A DNA stretch of 57,215 nucleotides. It comes from a virus. Taxonomy: Duplodnaviria > Caudoviricetes. The stretch lies in IMG/VR virus record IMGVR_UViG_3300027791_000026, positions 1 to 57,215 of that record; one strand, written 5' to 3'. A program made the position numbers and the translations under genes. The notes beneath the pieces were generated by a model. It was given only the letters and a program-made list of their open reading frames with translations, was not told the origin of the DNA and ran no database searches. Below, piece by piece: positions 47,742-56,000 of the stretch; positions within the stretch are counted from its first letter, which is position 1, and every line of letters starts with the position of its first letter.

Positions 47742-48158
47742 ATGGCAAGAAAGAAAAAAGTATTTAATTATCAATTTATTGATTGTGAAAAATCGTTCTC
47801 ATCTTCAATTGAAGTTATCTGCACGCAAACTAAAGAAAAGGTACGTATGTATCATAAGCAGTTGGCTAGGTTAATAGAAAACAAATACCGGAATAACTAT
47901 AGCGTATTTAAAGCTACTTATATTAAAAAGGGTAATAAACCTGAGGAAAGTAATAGAGATGAAAACGGAGAGTATAACACCGCTCCAGAAGGTTATAGGC
48001 AATATCTTGTCACAAGCTATATGTTTACTAAAAATGATAACTTAATGGAAGATTCTGAGCGGTCAGGTAAGTTAAACTTTTTAAGTGAATGTTATTTAAA
48101 AAGGTATAAAAATAGTCTAGATGAAGTAGTTAAGTTAGCGGAACAGTCATATAATTAA
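47742..48158 (+). CDS. Hypothetical early protein
   Basis: 138 aa after GGAAC-class promoter. Confidence 0.75.
   Translation: MARKKKVFNYQFIDCEKSFSSSIEVICTQTKEKVRMYHKQLARLIENKYRNNYSVFKATYIKKGNKPEESNRDENGEYNTAPEGYRQYLVTSYMFTKNDNLMEDSERSGKLNFLSECYLKRYKNSLDEVVKLAEQSYN
48140..48155 (+). promoter_or_regulatory. GGAAC-class promoter
   Basis: GGAAC-AGTCA-TATAAT-N6-ATG 48162. Confidence 0.75.
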
Positions 48159-48161
48159 AGA

Positions 48162-48338
48162 ATGAGAAAATTTCTATACGAACTTGCTGCAGCCGCAACT
48201 GTAGTTTTTGGAATGATTCCTATGTGTATAGTTGCTGGAGGGTATTCTGCATATCTAACAATAGTCGAAACAGTAAAAATTTTTCCGGCACAAATATACG
48301 TCCTATTTGAGATTTGGTACCTGGATAAGGAACAGTGA
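48162..48338 (+). CDS. 58-aa putative membrane protein (absent from ORF track)
   Basis: MRKFLYELAAAATVVFGMIPMCIVAGGYSAYLTIVETVKIFPAQIYVLFEIWYLDKEQ; own promoter. Confidence 0.7.
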   Translation: MRKFLYELAAAATVVFGMIPMCIVAGGYSAYLTIVETVKIFPAQIYVLFEIWYLDKEQ

Positions 48339-48344
48339 TATAAT
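48329..48344 (+). promoter_or_regulatory. GGAAC-class promoter
   Basis: GGAAC-AGTGA-TATAAT-N6-ATG 48351. Confidence 0.8.
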
Positions 48345-48350
48345 TATAGC

Positions 48351-49256
48351 ATGAACCTAAATTATACAAATACTAACTTCAAGACAGTAAGTGATATCGA
48401 GATACCTGATATTTTCTACCGCAGATATAAAAGCGGTATCTTAGTAATGGATGAACTATTCGGCGAGGGCATTCTTCCTGGTAGTTCGGTAACGATGTGT
48501 GCTGCAGCAGGTTGTGGTAAGACTACTCTACTTCTTCAGTTGTTAGAAGGCTTGAGTAGGAATGGATACAACGTTGGCTATTCTTCAGGTGAAGAGAATA
48601 CCTATCAGTTAGCTTTTACTTGTGATCGTATTGGTGTTAAGAAGGTAGCAGTTGCTAATATGACCGATATAGATGAATTAGTAGATGCAATGGATGATTT
48701 AGATGTTCTTGTGGTAGATAGCTTTCAGGCTTTAACTACTACTAAGAAGATGAATAGTAGAGCTCTAGAAAAGTATGCTGTTAGTAAGCTTACTAGAGCT
48801 GCAAAAGATAAAGAGTGTACTGTATTCTTTATTATGCATCTTACTAAAGATGGTAAGCTTAAAGGTGGTACTATTGTACCTCATACCGTTGATGTTAATA
48901 TGAACATTGAAATTGATGGTGAAATCGATGATAATGCTCGTAAGATATTCTTTACTAAGAATCGTTTCGGTCCTCTAAATGAGTTAACTCTATTTATTGG
49001 AGCTAATGGTTATGATTTTTCTACTCCTATTGTAGTTGAGCCTGAGACTAAAGCTAAGAGTAAGAAGAGTAAAAAGAAAGATGAGCTCGATACTATTCTT
49101 AATATGATAGAGCCGCCTTTGATTGATACCAATCGCGTAATGAAGACTTTAAATATTGACTATATGAGAGCTAGCTATTTGCTAAGAGACTTAGTTAATA
49201 ATAATAAAATGGCAAAGTATGGTAAGGGTAAGACCGCCATATATAAATTGATTTAG
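48351..49256 (+). CDS. RadA/Sms-like ATPase core
   Basis: AAAGCGKTTLLLQ, YSSGEE, VVDSFQ, HLTKDG...G...H.VD and the Sms signature KNRFG; no Zn finger or Lon-like domain. Confidence 0.85.
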   Translation: MNLNYTNTNFKTVSDIEIPDIFYRRYKSGILVMDELFGEGILPGSSVTMCAAAGCGKTTLLLQLLEGLSRNGYNVGYSSGEENTYQLAFTCDRIGVKKVAVANMTDIDELVDAMDDLDVLVVDSFQALTTTKKMNSRALEKYAVSKLTRAAKDKECTVFFIMHLTKDGKLKGGTIVPHTVDVNMNIEIDGEIDDNARKIFFTKNRFGPLNELTLFIGANGYDFSTPIVVEPETKAKSKKSKKKDELDTILNMIEPPLIDTNRVMKTLNIDYMRASYLLRDLVNNNKMAKYGKGKTAIYKLI

Positions 49257-49260
49257 GTTC

Positions 49261-49289
49261 ATGACCTAGGCAAGTCGTAAAACTGCCTA
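49261..49289 (+). other. Candidate compact H-type pseudoknot between convergent genes
   Basis: ATGAC/GTCGT and TAGGCA/TGCCTA interleaved pairings with an AAAAC loop. Confidence 0.45.
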
Positions 49290-51140
49290 ATCAATTTGTA
49301 CAGCTGATAGTTGATAACCTTCTCTACCTAAAGCATCCATTCCAGCATTTATACGATCATGAAAACCTTGAGTATGGTAACCGGGACCACCACCCCTCCA
49401 CCCACCGCCGCCGTAAGTAGTAGTGAAGTTAAAAGTAGTTAAAAGTAGTATTTCATTATTGTATATAAGAAATGCTGGGCTACTACTATCACCGCCAGCT
49501 AAAGACCTTTGTGGTAATCCTAATTTTTTATTTTCGAATACCGAAGAAACACTTTGTAAGGATGTATAATCTACAAAAATGTTCGCAGTACCGGAAAGCG
49601 TACCGCGCAAAAAATACGTTGAACCAAACGCAGCAAATTCATCCCCAGTACCGTATGAAGGGTTACCAGTAAACTCCGGGCTTCTTAATTTACCTAAACT
49701 GTAGTTACCTGATTGATAAAAGGCTGGAAATACCTTTTCCCTTTTAATATCTGAAGTAATTCTAGGTAACCTATAAAGTTTTATATTACCTCCAGATAGA
49801 GTAGTTAAGTCGTGCTCATATTTTTCTACCCTACAGTCTTGGCCAACATCTTTTCTTCCTACTATTGTTGTGGTAAGTAAATTATTATCTCTATCTAAAA
49901 ATCTAATTGTTGTACCGACCGGTTTAGAGCTAAAATGGGTATTTGTAAGTCCAAATTTACCAGCAATTAATGTCGAGTTATCATCTCCAGCCAAGGGGGA
50001 CTCCCCTTGAAAAGACACACCTGATAGGTCATATATATCCCTATATGGATATAAAAACCATGCTGTATTCCAAGTAGGTGTATCAGTTGTTCTATTATTA
50101 ACATACCTATATTTGGTTCTAATTGCTTCATTAGTTGCGTTATCTAATGCATCATCAAAATGCTGATCAGCATTAGGTCTAAAAAATTCTTGTTGATAGA
50201 AGAATTTACCAGTGCCACTTTCAATCGTCGCTCTAGATGCATCTGTATCATATATATGGACTCCTGATAATGTGGGATATTCATCTAAAGGGTTGGATAA
50301 GGATGATATTGTAGTCCATGTTGTATGTATACTATTAACTACCGCATCCGTATAAGGAGCAGCACTTATATTAATACTTAAACTTTTTGTACTTTCATAA
50401 AGACCAGTAACATTATCAAATCTACTAGTAGAAAGAGTTAAAGTATAATTTTCATCTATAAACGGGGCAATTAAAGATATAGGTACAATATAATTAAACG
50501 TGGATAGTGTGTTAAAAGTCGCTAACGATGTATTGTTTTTATCCTGAAGACCATAATTAACAAAATTTTCTAATAATCTTCCATTTTCATGAACTGCAGA
50601 TACTTCAATAGTAAATGTTCCGTCATCGTTAGTACCGGTAAACCCATCTATATTAGTTGATAAATTAACTTGTAAATTACTAAAATCATAAGTTGTTAAT
50701 ATAACTGTTTGACTTTCTATTTCACTATCATAATTGTAAAACTCTCGTTTAAAAGTATTTTCTCCTATATTATCAATAACACCATTAAAGTTAATACTTT
50801 TTTGTATATATGTATTGTTTATAAAATATAAACTATCAAAAAGATAATCAGTTGTTGTAATAAACCTATAGTTATTATAAAATTCAAATACAGGGTAATC
50901 TATAAATTTATTTAAATTTAAAAAATCTAATTGATCTCCATTAGATGTACCTATTTCATCTCCAGAAGCTACATAATTTGAATTTATACCTAAAAAATTA
51001 AAAGTAAAGTTAGGTACGGTTAATGATGGTATATCAAAAAAAACCGGTTTACCAATACCTATAATTTTACTTCTTTTTTGTAGTAAATTATTTATATTTC
51101 TTGACCTTTTTAAGTCATTAAATGTAGGAGGATTTATCAT
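49287..51140 (-). CDS. Virion-associated protein with C-terminal trypsin-like serine protease fold
   Basis: STLI.....LTNTHF (His), GQDCRV (Asp), GGDSSSPAF (Ser) in correct order; co-transcribed with fibre gene. Confidence 0.55.
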   Translation of the reverse strand: MINPPTFNDLKRSRNINNLLQKRSKIIGIGKPVFFDIPSLTVPNFTFNFLGINSNYVASGDEIGTSNGDQLDFLNLNKFIDYPVFEFYNNYRFITTTDYLFDSLYFINNTYIQKSINFNGVIDNIGENTFKREFYNYDSEIESQTVILTTYDFSNLQVNLSTNIDGFTGTNDDGTFTIEVSAVHENGRLLENFVNYGLQDKNNTSLATFNTLSTFNYIVPISLIAPFIDENYTLTLSTSRFDNVTGLYESTKSLSINISAAPYTDAVVNSIHTTWTTISSLSNPLDEYPTLSGVHIYDTDASRATIESGTGKFFYQQEFFRPNADQHFDDALDNATNEAIRTKYRYVNNRTTDTPTWNTAWFLYPYRDIYDLSGVSFQGESPLAGDDNSTLIAGKFGLTNTHFSSKPVGTTIRFLDRDNNLLTTTIVGRKDVGQDCRVEKYEHDLTTLSGGNIKLYRLPRITSDIKREKVFPAFYQSGNYSLGKLRSPEFTGNPSYGTGDEFAAFGSTYFLRGTLSGTANIFVDYTSLQSVSSVFENKKLGLPQRSLAGGDSSSPAFLIYNNEILLLTTFNFTTTYGGGGWRGGGPGYHTQGFHDRINAGMDALGREGYQLSAVQID

Positions 51141-51141
51141 A

Positions 51142-52110
51142 TTAAGAAAGACCTGTTATAATACCATCAGTAATTACCAAAGACTTATCACCTGCTGTAC
51201 TTGATATTGACACTGTACCGGTAAAACCATTACCTGCATGTAATGAACATTGTGAACTTAAATTGTTGACAAATGTTGTACAATTTGCATTTGCAGTTAG
51301 GCAACTTCCAATAATAAATGAATCACTACCAGATAGACTGTTGCAATTGCCTCCTAAAATTGATGACCTAGACCCTGTCGCTATAGTATTGTTTTGCCCA
51401 TTAACTATACTATTTAAAGTTCCAATGCATATTTTGTTCTGAATACCATTTCCTATAAACCCATTATGAGCAGAAAATATACAATTTAAGGTCCCTGAAC
51501 CAACAACCCCATTATTAGTGTGACAAGTGATATTTAATGAACCACTACCAATAACATTATGACCACCATTATATATAAAAGCACTACCATTTAATATAGT
51601 ATTGGTACTCGTAGGTATATTGGTTTTCCAAATATAACTGCTACTACCATTTAATATAGTATTGCCGTAATTAGATGTTGAATTAATTATATTAAAAGAA
51701 CCACCTATAATAGAATATTTACCTCCAGATAGACAATTGGACCTACCATTTATAACTGAGAATTCAGTATCTCCATCTGCAATAGATACAATGAAATTAT
51801 CTTGGCCGCCTAAAATTGTACTGTGACAATGCGATAAATTGCAATTATCTTTACCATTAAGTATACTGTTATATTGACCACTGTTTATACAATTGTTATT
51901 ACCTTGTGCTATAACTCCAAAACTACTTAAAGATTTATTATTTAAACCAGCTAAAACAGATGCTTGTTGTCCAGATGTTACTGAACCTATACCACCACCA
52001 ATAGCTGATATTGCAGTTCGTTTTGTTGTACCGTTTTGACTTACTGGAAAGATTTCAGAACCTGATAATGTATCAGCATCTGGCAAGTTGAATAAAGAAA
52101 TAATGGCCAT
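51142..52110 (-). CDS. Repeat fibre protein, Cys/Asn/Gly-rich
   Basis: Shared N-terminal module; S.I.NG..N.I repeats; C-terminal SFIIGS.LT....TTFVNNLS matches the 44710 protein; 11 Cys. Confidence 0.7.
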   Translation of the reverse strand: MAIISLFNLPDADTLSGSEIFPVSQNGTTKRTAISAIGGGIGSVTSGQQASVLAGLNNKSLSSFGVIAQGNNNCINSGQYNSILNGKDNCNLSHCHSTILGGQDNFIVSIADGDTEFSVINGRSNCLSGGKYSIIGGSFNIINSTSNYGNTILNGSSSYIWKTNIPTSTNTILNGSAFIYNGGHNVIGSGSLNITCHTNNGVVGSGTLNCIFSAHNGFIGNGIQNKICIGTLNSIVNGQNNTIATGSRSSILGGNCNSLSGSDSFIIGSCLTANANCTTFVNNLSSQCSLHAGNGFTGTVSISSTAGDKSLVITDGIITGLS

Positions 52111-52115
52111 GAAAT

Positions 52116-52138
52116 TATTTAAGGAACTTACATATAAT
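52116..52138. promoter_or_regulatory. Back-to-back late (minus) and GGAAC-class (plus) promoters
   Basis: Minus TAAATA 52121-52116 (5 nt to ATG 52110); plus GGAAC-TTACA-TATAAT-N6-ATG 52145. Confidence 0.75.
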
Positions 52139-52144
52139 TACAAT

Positions 52145-52381
52145 ATGTTAACTGAGGAAAAGCTAATGGATTCGAGATATCATATAATACTCTTACAAGA
52201 AAAGCAAGAAAAGCTTTTTGAGGAACTATTGGATGAAATTAAAGATAAACATAAAGAAATGTTTCCGGATTTAGAAGCTCAGTTAGTAGATTTTTGCTAT
52301 AATAATGTGTACTATTCAGCAAAAGATATAAATAAATTCATAAATGAATTATATTCTAAGGAAGTACTCCTTGAAATTTAG
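52145..52381 (+). CDS. Small hypothetical early protein
   Basis: Start revised to ATG 52145 (MLTEEKL...) from promoter spacing. Confidence 0.65.
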   Translation: MLTEEKLMDSRYHIILLQEKQEKLFEELLDEIKDKHKEMFPDLEAQLVDFCYNNVYYSAKDINKFINELYSKEVLLEI

Positions 52382-52382
52382 A

Positions 52383-52398
52383 GGAACAGTGATAAAAT
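52383..52398 (+). promoter_or_regulatory. GGAAC-class promoter (leadered exception)
   Basis: GGAAC-AGTGA-TAAAAT, 45 nt before ATG 52444. Confidence 0.65.
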
Positions 52399-52443
52399 AA
52401 TAGTATAAGTTTTATGAAAAGTAACAATAAAGTGTAATAAAAA

Positions 52444-53445
52444 ATGCATAATATAACAGAAAGAGATGCTCAAGTAGGTTTGAGCCAAGCATGGCACGGT
52501 TTAACCGATGTCGTTGATAAAATCGACGTTAGTGATAACGTCTTGACTAAATGGGACGTAGAGCGTAAGCCGCTTACATACGTCGATGTAGATGGTAATG
52601 AACAAGAGACAGGGTATGGAATCTTAGTTGGTTCTGATGACGATAAGATTATCGGACGTCCTATGACCCCTTCTTACAAAGCTATCAGTAATGAGAAGTT
52701 TTTAGATCTTGTTAGTGATGCTATGAATAAGCTACCTAAAGCTAAAATTGAATCTATTGGTTCAGTTTGCAATCGAGGTAAAGTATTCGTAACTGTAAGC
52801 TTGGATGGTAAGAGTAATTATAAAGTAGGTGATAGAGAGTTTAAAGACTATCTTAACTTTGGTAATGCTCATGATCAAACTTCAAAGCTTTGGATCAATA
52901 ATACCAATACATGTACTGTATGTGATAATACATTTACATATAACTTAAATGATAAGTCTAACATGGTAGGTAGTGCAGTTCATAGAGGTGATATTGAGCT
53001 TAAACTTGCCGATCTATCTAATGTAGTAGATGACTTCTTAGGCACTCAAGCAGACTTCCGTGAGAAGTTTACCGGACTACTAAAGAAAAAGATTACCGAT
53101 AAGAAAGCTCAGTCATTGTTTACTGGTTTCTTAATGCGTAATAATCCTAAAGAAGGTCTTAGTACACGCTGTTTAAATACGGTAGATAGCTTGAATACAT
53201 TGTTTAAGCGAGGTGCTGGCAACCGAGGTGAGAACTACGCAGATGCATTCTCTGCAGTAACTGACTACTATACACATAATAGTACTCGTGGTAAGGGTAA
53301 GAATCGTCTTAACCAATATGTATCATCGGAGTTTGGTCTAGGTCGTATGAATAAACAAAGTTTCTGGACTGTTATTAATAATAGGGATCTAGCAGAACGT
53401 ACAATTGAAAGAGGTACAAAGCTTCTTTCTTTGGTAAATCAGTAA
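52444..53445 (+). CDS. DUF932/TIGR03299-like phage-plasmid protein
   Basis: AWHGL, Y..I.NE, NAHD, TNT.TVCDNT, HRG, A.SAVTDYYTH. Confidence 0.8.
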   Translation: MHNITERDAQVGLSQAWHGLTDVVDKIDVSDNVLTKWDVERKPLTYVDVDGNEQETGYGILVGSDDDKIIGRPMTPSYKAISNEKFLDLVSDAMNKLPKAKIESIGSVCNRGKVFVTVSLDGKSNYKVGDREFKDYLNFGNAHDQTSKLWINNTNTCTVCDNTFTYNLNDKSNMVGSAVHRGDIELKLADLSNVVDDFLGTQADFREKFTGLLKKKITDKKAQSLFTGFLMRNNPKEGLSTRCLNTVDSLNTLFKRGAGNRGENYADAFSAVTDYYTHNSTRGKGKNRLNQYVSSEFGLGRMNKQSFWTVINNRDLAERTIERGTKLLSLVNQ

Positions 53446-53455
53446 CCGATAAAGA

Positions 53456-53461
53456 TAAATA
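53456..53461 (+). promoter_or_regulatory. Late promoter box
   Basis: TAAATA 5 nt before ATG 53467. Confidence 0.6.
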
Positions 53462-53466
53462 TAATT

Positions 53467-53661
53467 ATGCAATTCAAAGAAGTGAGTCAAGGCCATACTT
53501 TCGTTCAAGAAAAAGACGGAATGATACAAGCATATGATACAGTTGGAGATATTTCAAATGTACAACCAGTCTTTATTAGCCAAGTAAGTGTTGATAATCA
53601 AAAAGACTTTGAGGTAGAGATATCTTATATCTTAATGGATCACCTTACGGTAGGTAGCTGA
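53467..53661 (+). CDS. Small hypothetical protein
   Basis: 64 aa between a late box and a strong hairpin. Confidence 0.65.
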   Translation: MQFKEVSQGHTFVQEKDGMIQAYDTVGDISNVQPVFISQVSVDNQKDFEVEISYILMDHLTVGS

Positions 53662-53674
53662 TAACTTTAAATCG

Positions 53675-53709
53675 AGGGTCTCGCGCAAGCGAGACCCTTT
53701 CCCTTTCTA
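53675..53709 (+). terminator. Strong GNRA-loop hairpin, probable terminator
   Basis: AGGGTCTCGC-GCAA-GCGAGACCCT followed by a pyrimidine tract. Confidence 0.75.
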
Positions 53710-53712
53710 ATT

Positions 53713-53883
53713 ATGAAAATAACAGAACATATAACAACAACAATATTATTGAAATTAAAATTAATAAAAAAACAACTCGAAAATAACGAAAAAGAAGAAG
53801 CTCTTTCCGGAGTAAATTCTATCATAGAGAATATAGATAGATTTGGAAGCAATGGACCCGAAAGTAAAAGCAAAGCTAAATAA
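53713..53883 (+). CDS. 56-aa hypothetical protein (absent from ORF track)
   Basis: MKITEHITTTILLKLKLIKKQLENNEKEEALSGVNSIIENIDRFGSNGPESKSKAK. Confidence 0.55.
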   Translation: MKITEHITTTILLKLKLIKKQLENNEKEEALSGVNSIIENIDRFGSNGPESKSKAK

Positions 53884-54013
53884 GTTTTTTATTAAAAATT
53901 ATTCAAAGGTATATAACGTAACTCCAGAATTAAAATCTGAGGGTAACGATTATTATTACACAACTAGCAAGAGTAGCAATATTATATGTTTAATTCCCTT
54001 AGGTAAAATATAA
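53852..54013 (+). CDS. 53-aa hypothetical protein (absent from ORF track)
   Basis: MDPKVKAKLNKFFIKNYSKVYNVTPELKSEGNDYYYTTSKSSNIICLIPLGKI; fills the gap up to the next late box. Confidence 0.5.
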   Translation: MDPKVKAKLNKFFIKNYSKVYNVTPELKSEGNDYYYTTSKSSNIICLIPLGKI

Positions 54014-54016
54014 ATA
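54009..54016 (+). promoter_or_regulatory. Late promoter TATAAATA
   Basis: 5 nt before ATG 54022. Confidence 0.75.
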
Positions 54017-54021
54017 AATAT

Positions 54022-55947
54022 ATGCCTAATAGTTACAGTTTCAATAGTTATGGAGAAGTGCAAGTATTATTTTCTATAACTAATAACCTTGACGATGAAA
54101 AGAAAGATTCTGTAAAACCATTTTCCTTTATCGAGTTTATAGATAATTCTAGACAAACTCAGAAAGATAGTAATACGATAGATTTATATAAAATTTATTT
54201 ACAAAATTGGAATCAACTTAATAATAAATCTAATACTGAAAGTAATAATATTGTTAAAGAACAGTTTATAAATCTTTTTAAAGAAATAACATTAAAGTTT
54301 ACATCTCCGGAAGAAAAAAGATATTTACAAAATATAGATTTTTCAGATGAAGAAAATATTTCAATTGCTGTACCATTTTTCTCTAGTAAAATAAAAGAGA
54401 TAATTTTATATTATCAAGAAAGACGTAAAACTCATACTAAAGATTTAAAAGAAATACAATCAAAAGGTAATAAAACTAATGTATCAAATTATATTAAAAG
54501 TAAATTACTTGATTTTGTAGAAAATAATGAGAGTGAAGATGTTCAAACAATAACGCAAAAATTATCTTCTATACAAAAGTTTGTTGAAATAGATATAGAA
54601 GATAGTTATGATATATACAATGACTATTTTGATATAGACCCAACTAAGCCGCCAGAATTTTATGCTGGTAGTGATACATTTACATTACCAACCATTACAT
54701 TTTTAGAAGAAATACCAAAGACTACTACAACTACAACTACAACACCAGAACCGTTACCTGTAGTGGATCCATTACCTCCAGTAATAGATTTCAAGTTTAT
54801 TAGTAATACAAACGACGTCGTTGTAATTGCAGGTCAAGAAAACCTTCCACCGGTCATAAATGAAGCAACTGAAGTGAATATATTCTTTGATTCTTCTGGA
54901 TCAATGGACTCAACATTAGCTCCCTTACAGGAGATGCAGGCTACTATACTAGATTCTGCATTAATGCCATTCTATAATAATGATAGAGATCTTTATAATG
55001 AAAAAGTTAATGTTATATCGGACCCTTCCGAACGGACCTTCGACTATTTATCTACTCCTAATACTAATCCTATTGCTGATGTATTGAATATTGTATTCCA
55101 AGATGAATCATCACCTTATAATGCCGATGGAAGTGGTGGATTTGAACCTCCAACATCACAATATCTATCTGATATAGCTACAGCAAGATCTAATCTTTTA
55201 AATAGAGTCAATAATAGATATATTATATTCCAAGTGGTAACTAACGCTAGTGGTTACTCACCGATATTTGCAGCATTCTTAGCGGCAGTAGAAAATGGTA
55301 CCGGTAGTTATTCTGGTAGTAATGGCCTAAGTGAAAGTGAATATTCTGATAAAATAAAATTTGCATATAATATTAATCCTGGGTCAACGCCTATTTATTA
55401 TGCTAATTTAATAATTGATGAAATGCAATTCTTTAAATTCGATGTACCAGATCTACCGAATTTTATAATTGGACCTATTAACGATGTTGAAGTAAATGCA
55501 AGTAATGAATTTGGACTTACTTTAAGTCAAAGTAATAATATTGTACTTAATGAGGCAAGTACAATATTTAAATTAATTGAAAATGATAATAGTGTAATTG
55601 TTAACCAATCGATTAGTTTAGATATTGAAGAAATATCCAACTTTAATAATATAAATGTTAACTCAGCAACTACGATCGTTGTTAATGAAATATCCAATAC
55701 AAATAGTGTTCTTGTTAATTCATCAATTGATTCTACAAAACTTATATCCAATACAAATAGTGTTCTTGTTAATTCATCAATTGATCTAGTAAATAACATA
55801 GCTAATTCAAATAGTATTGGTGTTAATTCATCAATTGATCTAGTAAATAACATAGCTAATTCAAATAGTGTTCTTGTTAATTCATCAATTGATCTAGTAA
55901 ATAACATAGCTAATTCAAATAGTATTGGTGTTAATGCTGCTGCTTAA
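54022..55947 (+). CDS. Modular virion protein: helical N-domain, poly-Thr/Pro linker, vWA-like domain, 18-aa repeats
   Basis: T8-PEPLP linker; IFFDSSGSM DxSxS (MIDAS) motif; VNSSIDLVNNIANSNS repeats. Confidence 0.6.
   Translation: MPNSYSFNSYGEVQVLFSITNNLDDEKKDSVKPFSFIEFIDNSRQTQKDSNTIDLYKIYLQNWNQLNNKSNTESNNIVKEQFINLFKEITLKFTSPEEKRYLQNIDFSDEENISIAVPFFSSKIKEIILYYQERRKTHTKDLKEIQSKGNKTNVSNYIKSKLLDFVENNESEDVQTITQKLSSIQKFVEIDIEDSYDIYNDYFDIDPTKPPEFYAGSDTFTLPTITFLEEIPKTTTTTTTTPEPLPVVDPLPPVIDFKFISNTNDVVVIAGQENLPPVINEATEVNIFFDSSGSMDSTLAPLQEMQATILDSALMPFYNNDRDLYNEKVNVISDPSERTFDYLSTPNTNPIADVLNIVFQDESSPYNADGSGGFEPPTSQYLSDIATARSNLLNRVNNRYIIFQVVTNASGYSPIFAAFLAAVENGTGSYSGSNGLSESEYSDKIKFAYNINPGSTPIYYANLIIDEMQFFKFDVPDLPNFIIGPINDVEVNASNEFGLTLSQSNNIVLNEASTIFKLIENDNSVIVNQSISLDIEEISNFNNINVNSATTIVVNEISNTNSVLVNSSIDSTKLISNTNSVLVNSSIDLVNNIANSNSIGVNSSIDLVNNIANSNSVLVNSSIDLVNNIANSNSIGVNAAA
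55690..55935 (+). repeat. 54-bp coding tandem repeat with a 108-bp higher-order period
   Basis: gttaattcatcaattgat at 55714, 55768, 55822, 55876; SVL/SIG variants alternate in the last units. Confidence 0.9.
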
Positions 55948-55989
55948 AAATAAATAAAAAATTTTTATTGTATTACTTTTAAAGATTAT

Positions 55990-55995
55990 TAAATA
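55990..55995 (+). promoter_or_regulatory. Late promoter box
   Basis: TAAATA 5 nt before ATG 56001. Confidence 0.7.
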
Positions 55996-56000
55996 ATTAT

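Noticed and set aside
2074-55907. Numerous ORFs nested inside long genes, mostly antisense (e.g. 8501, 9677, 10259, 18506, 38693, 45383, 45908, 53667, 55527)
   Set aside because: They overlap well-supported genes, are rich in L/I/S/F as expected for reverse frames of AT-rich DNA, and lack motifs
55690-55935. Possible CRISPR array
   Set aside because: Units are contiguous, in frame, a multiple of 3 and lack unique spacers; no cas genes seen
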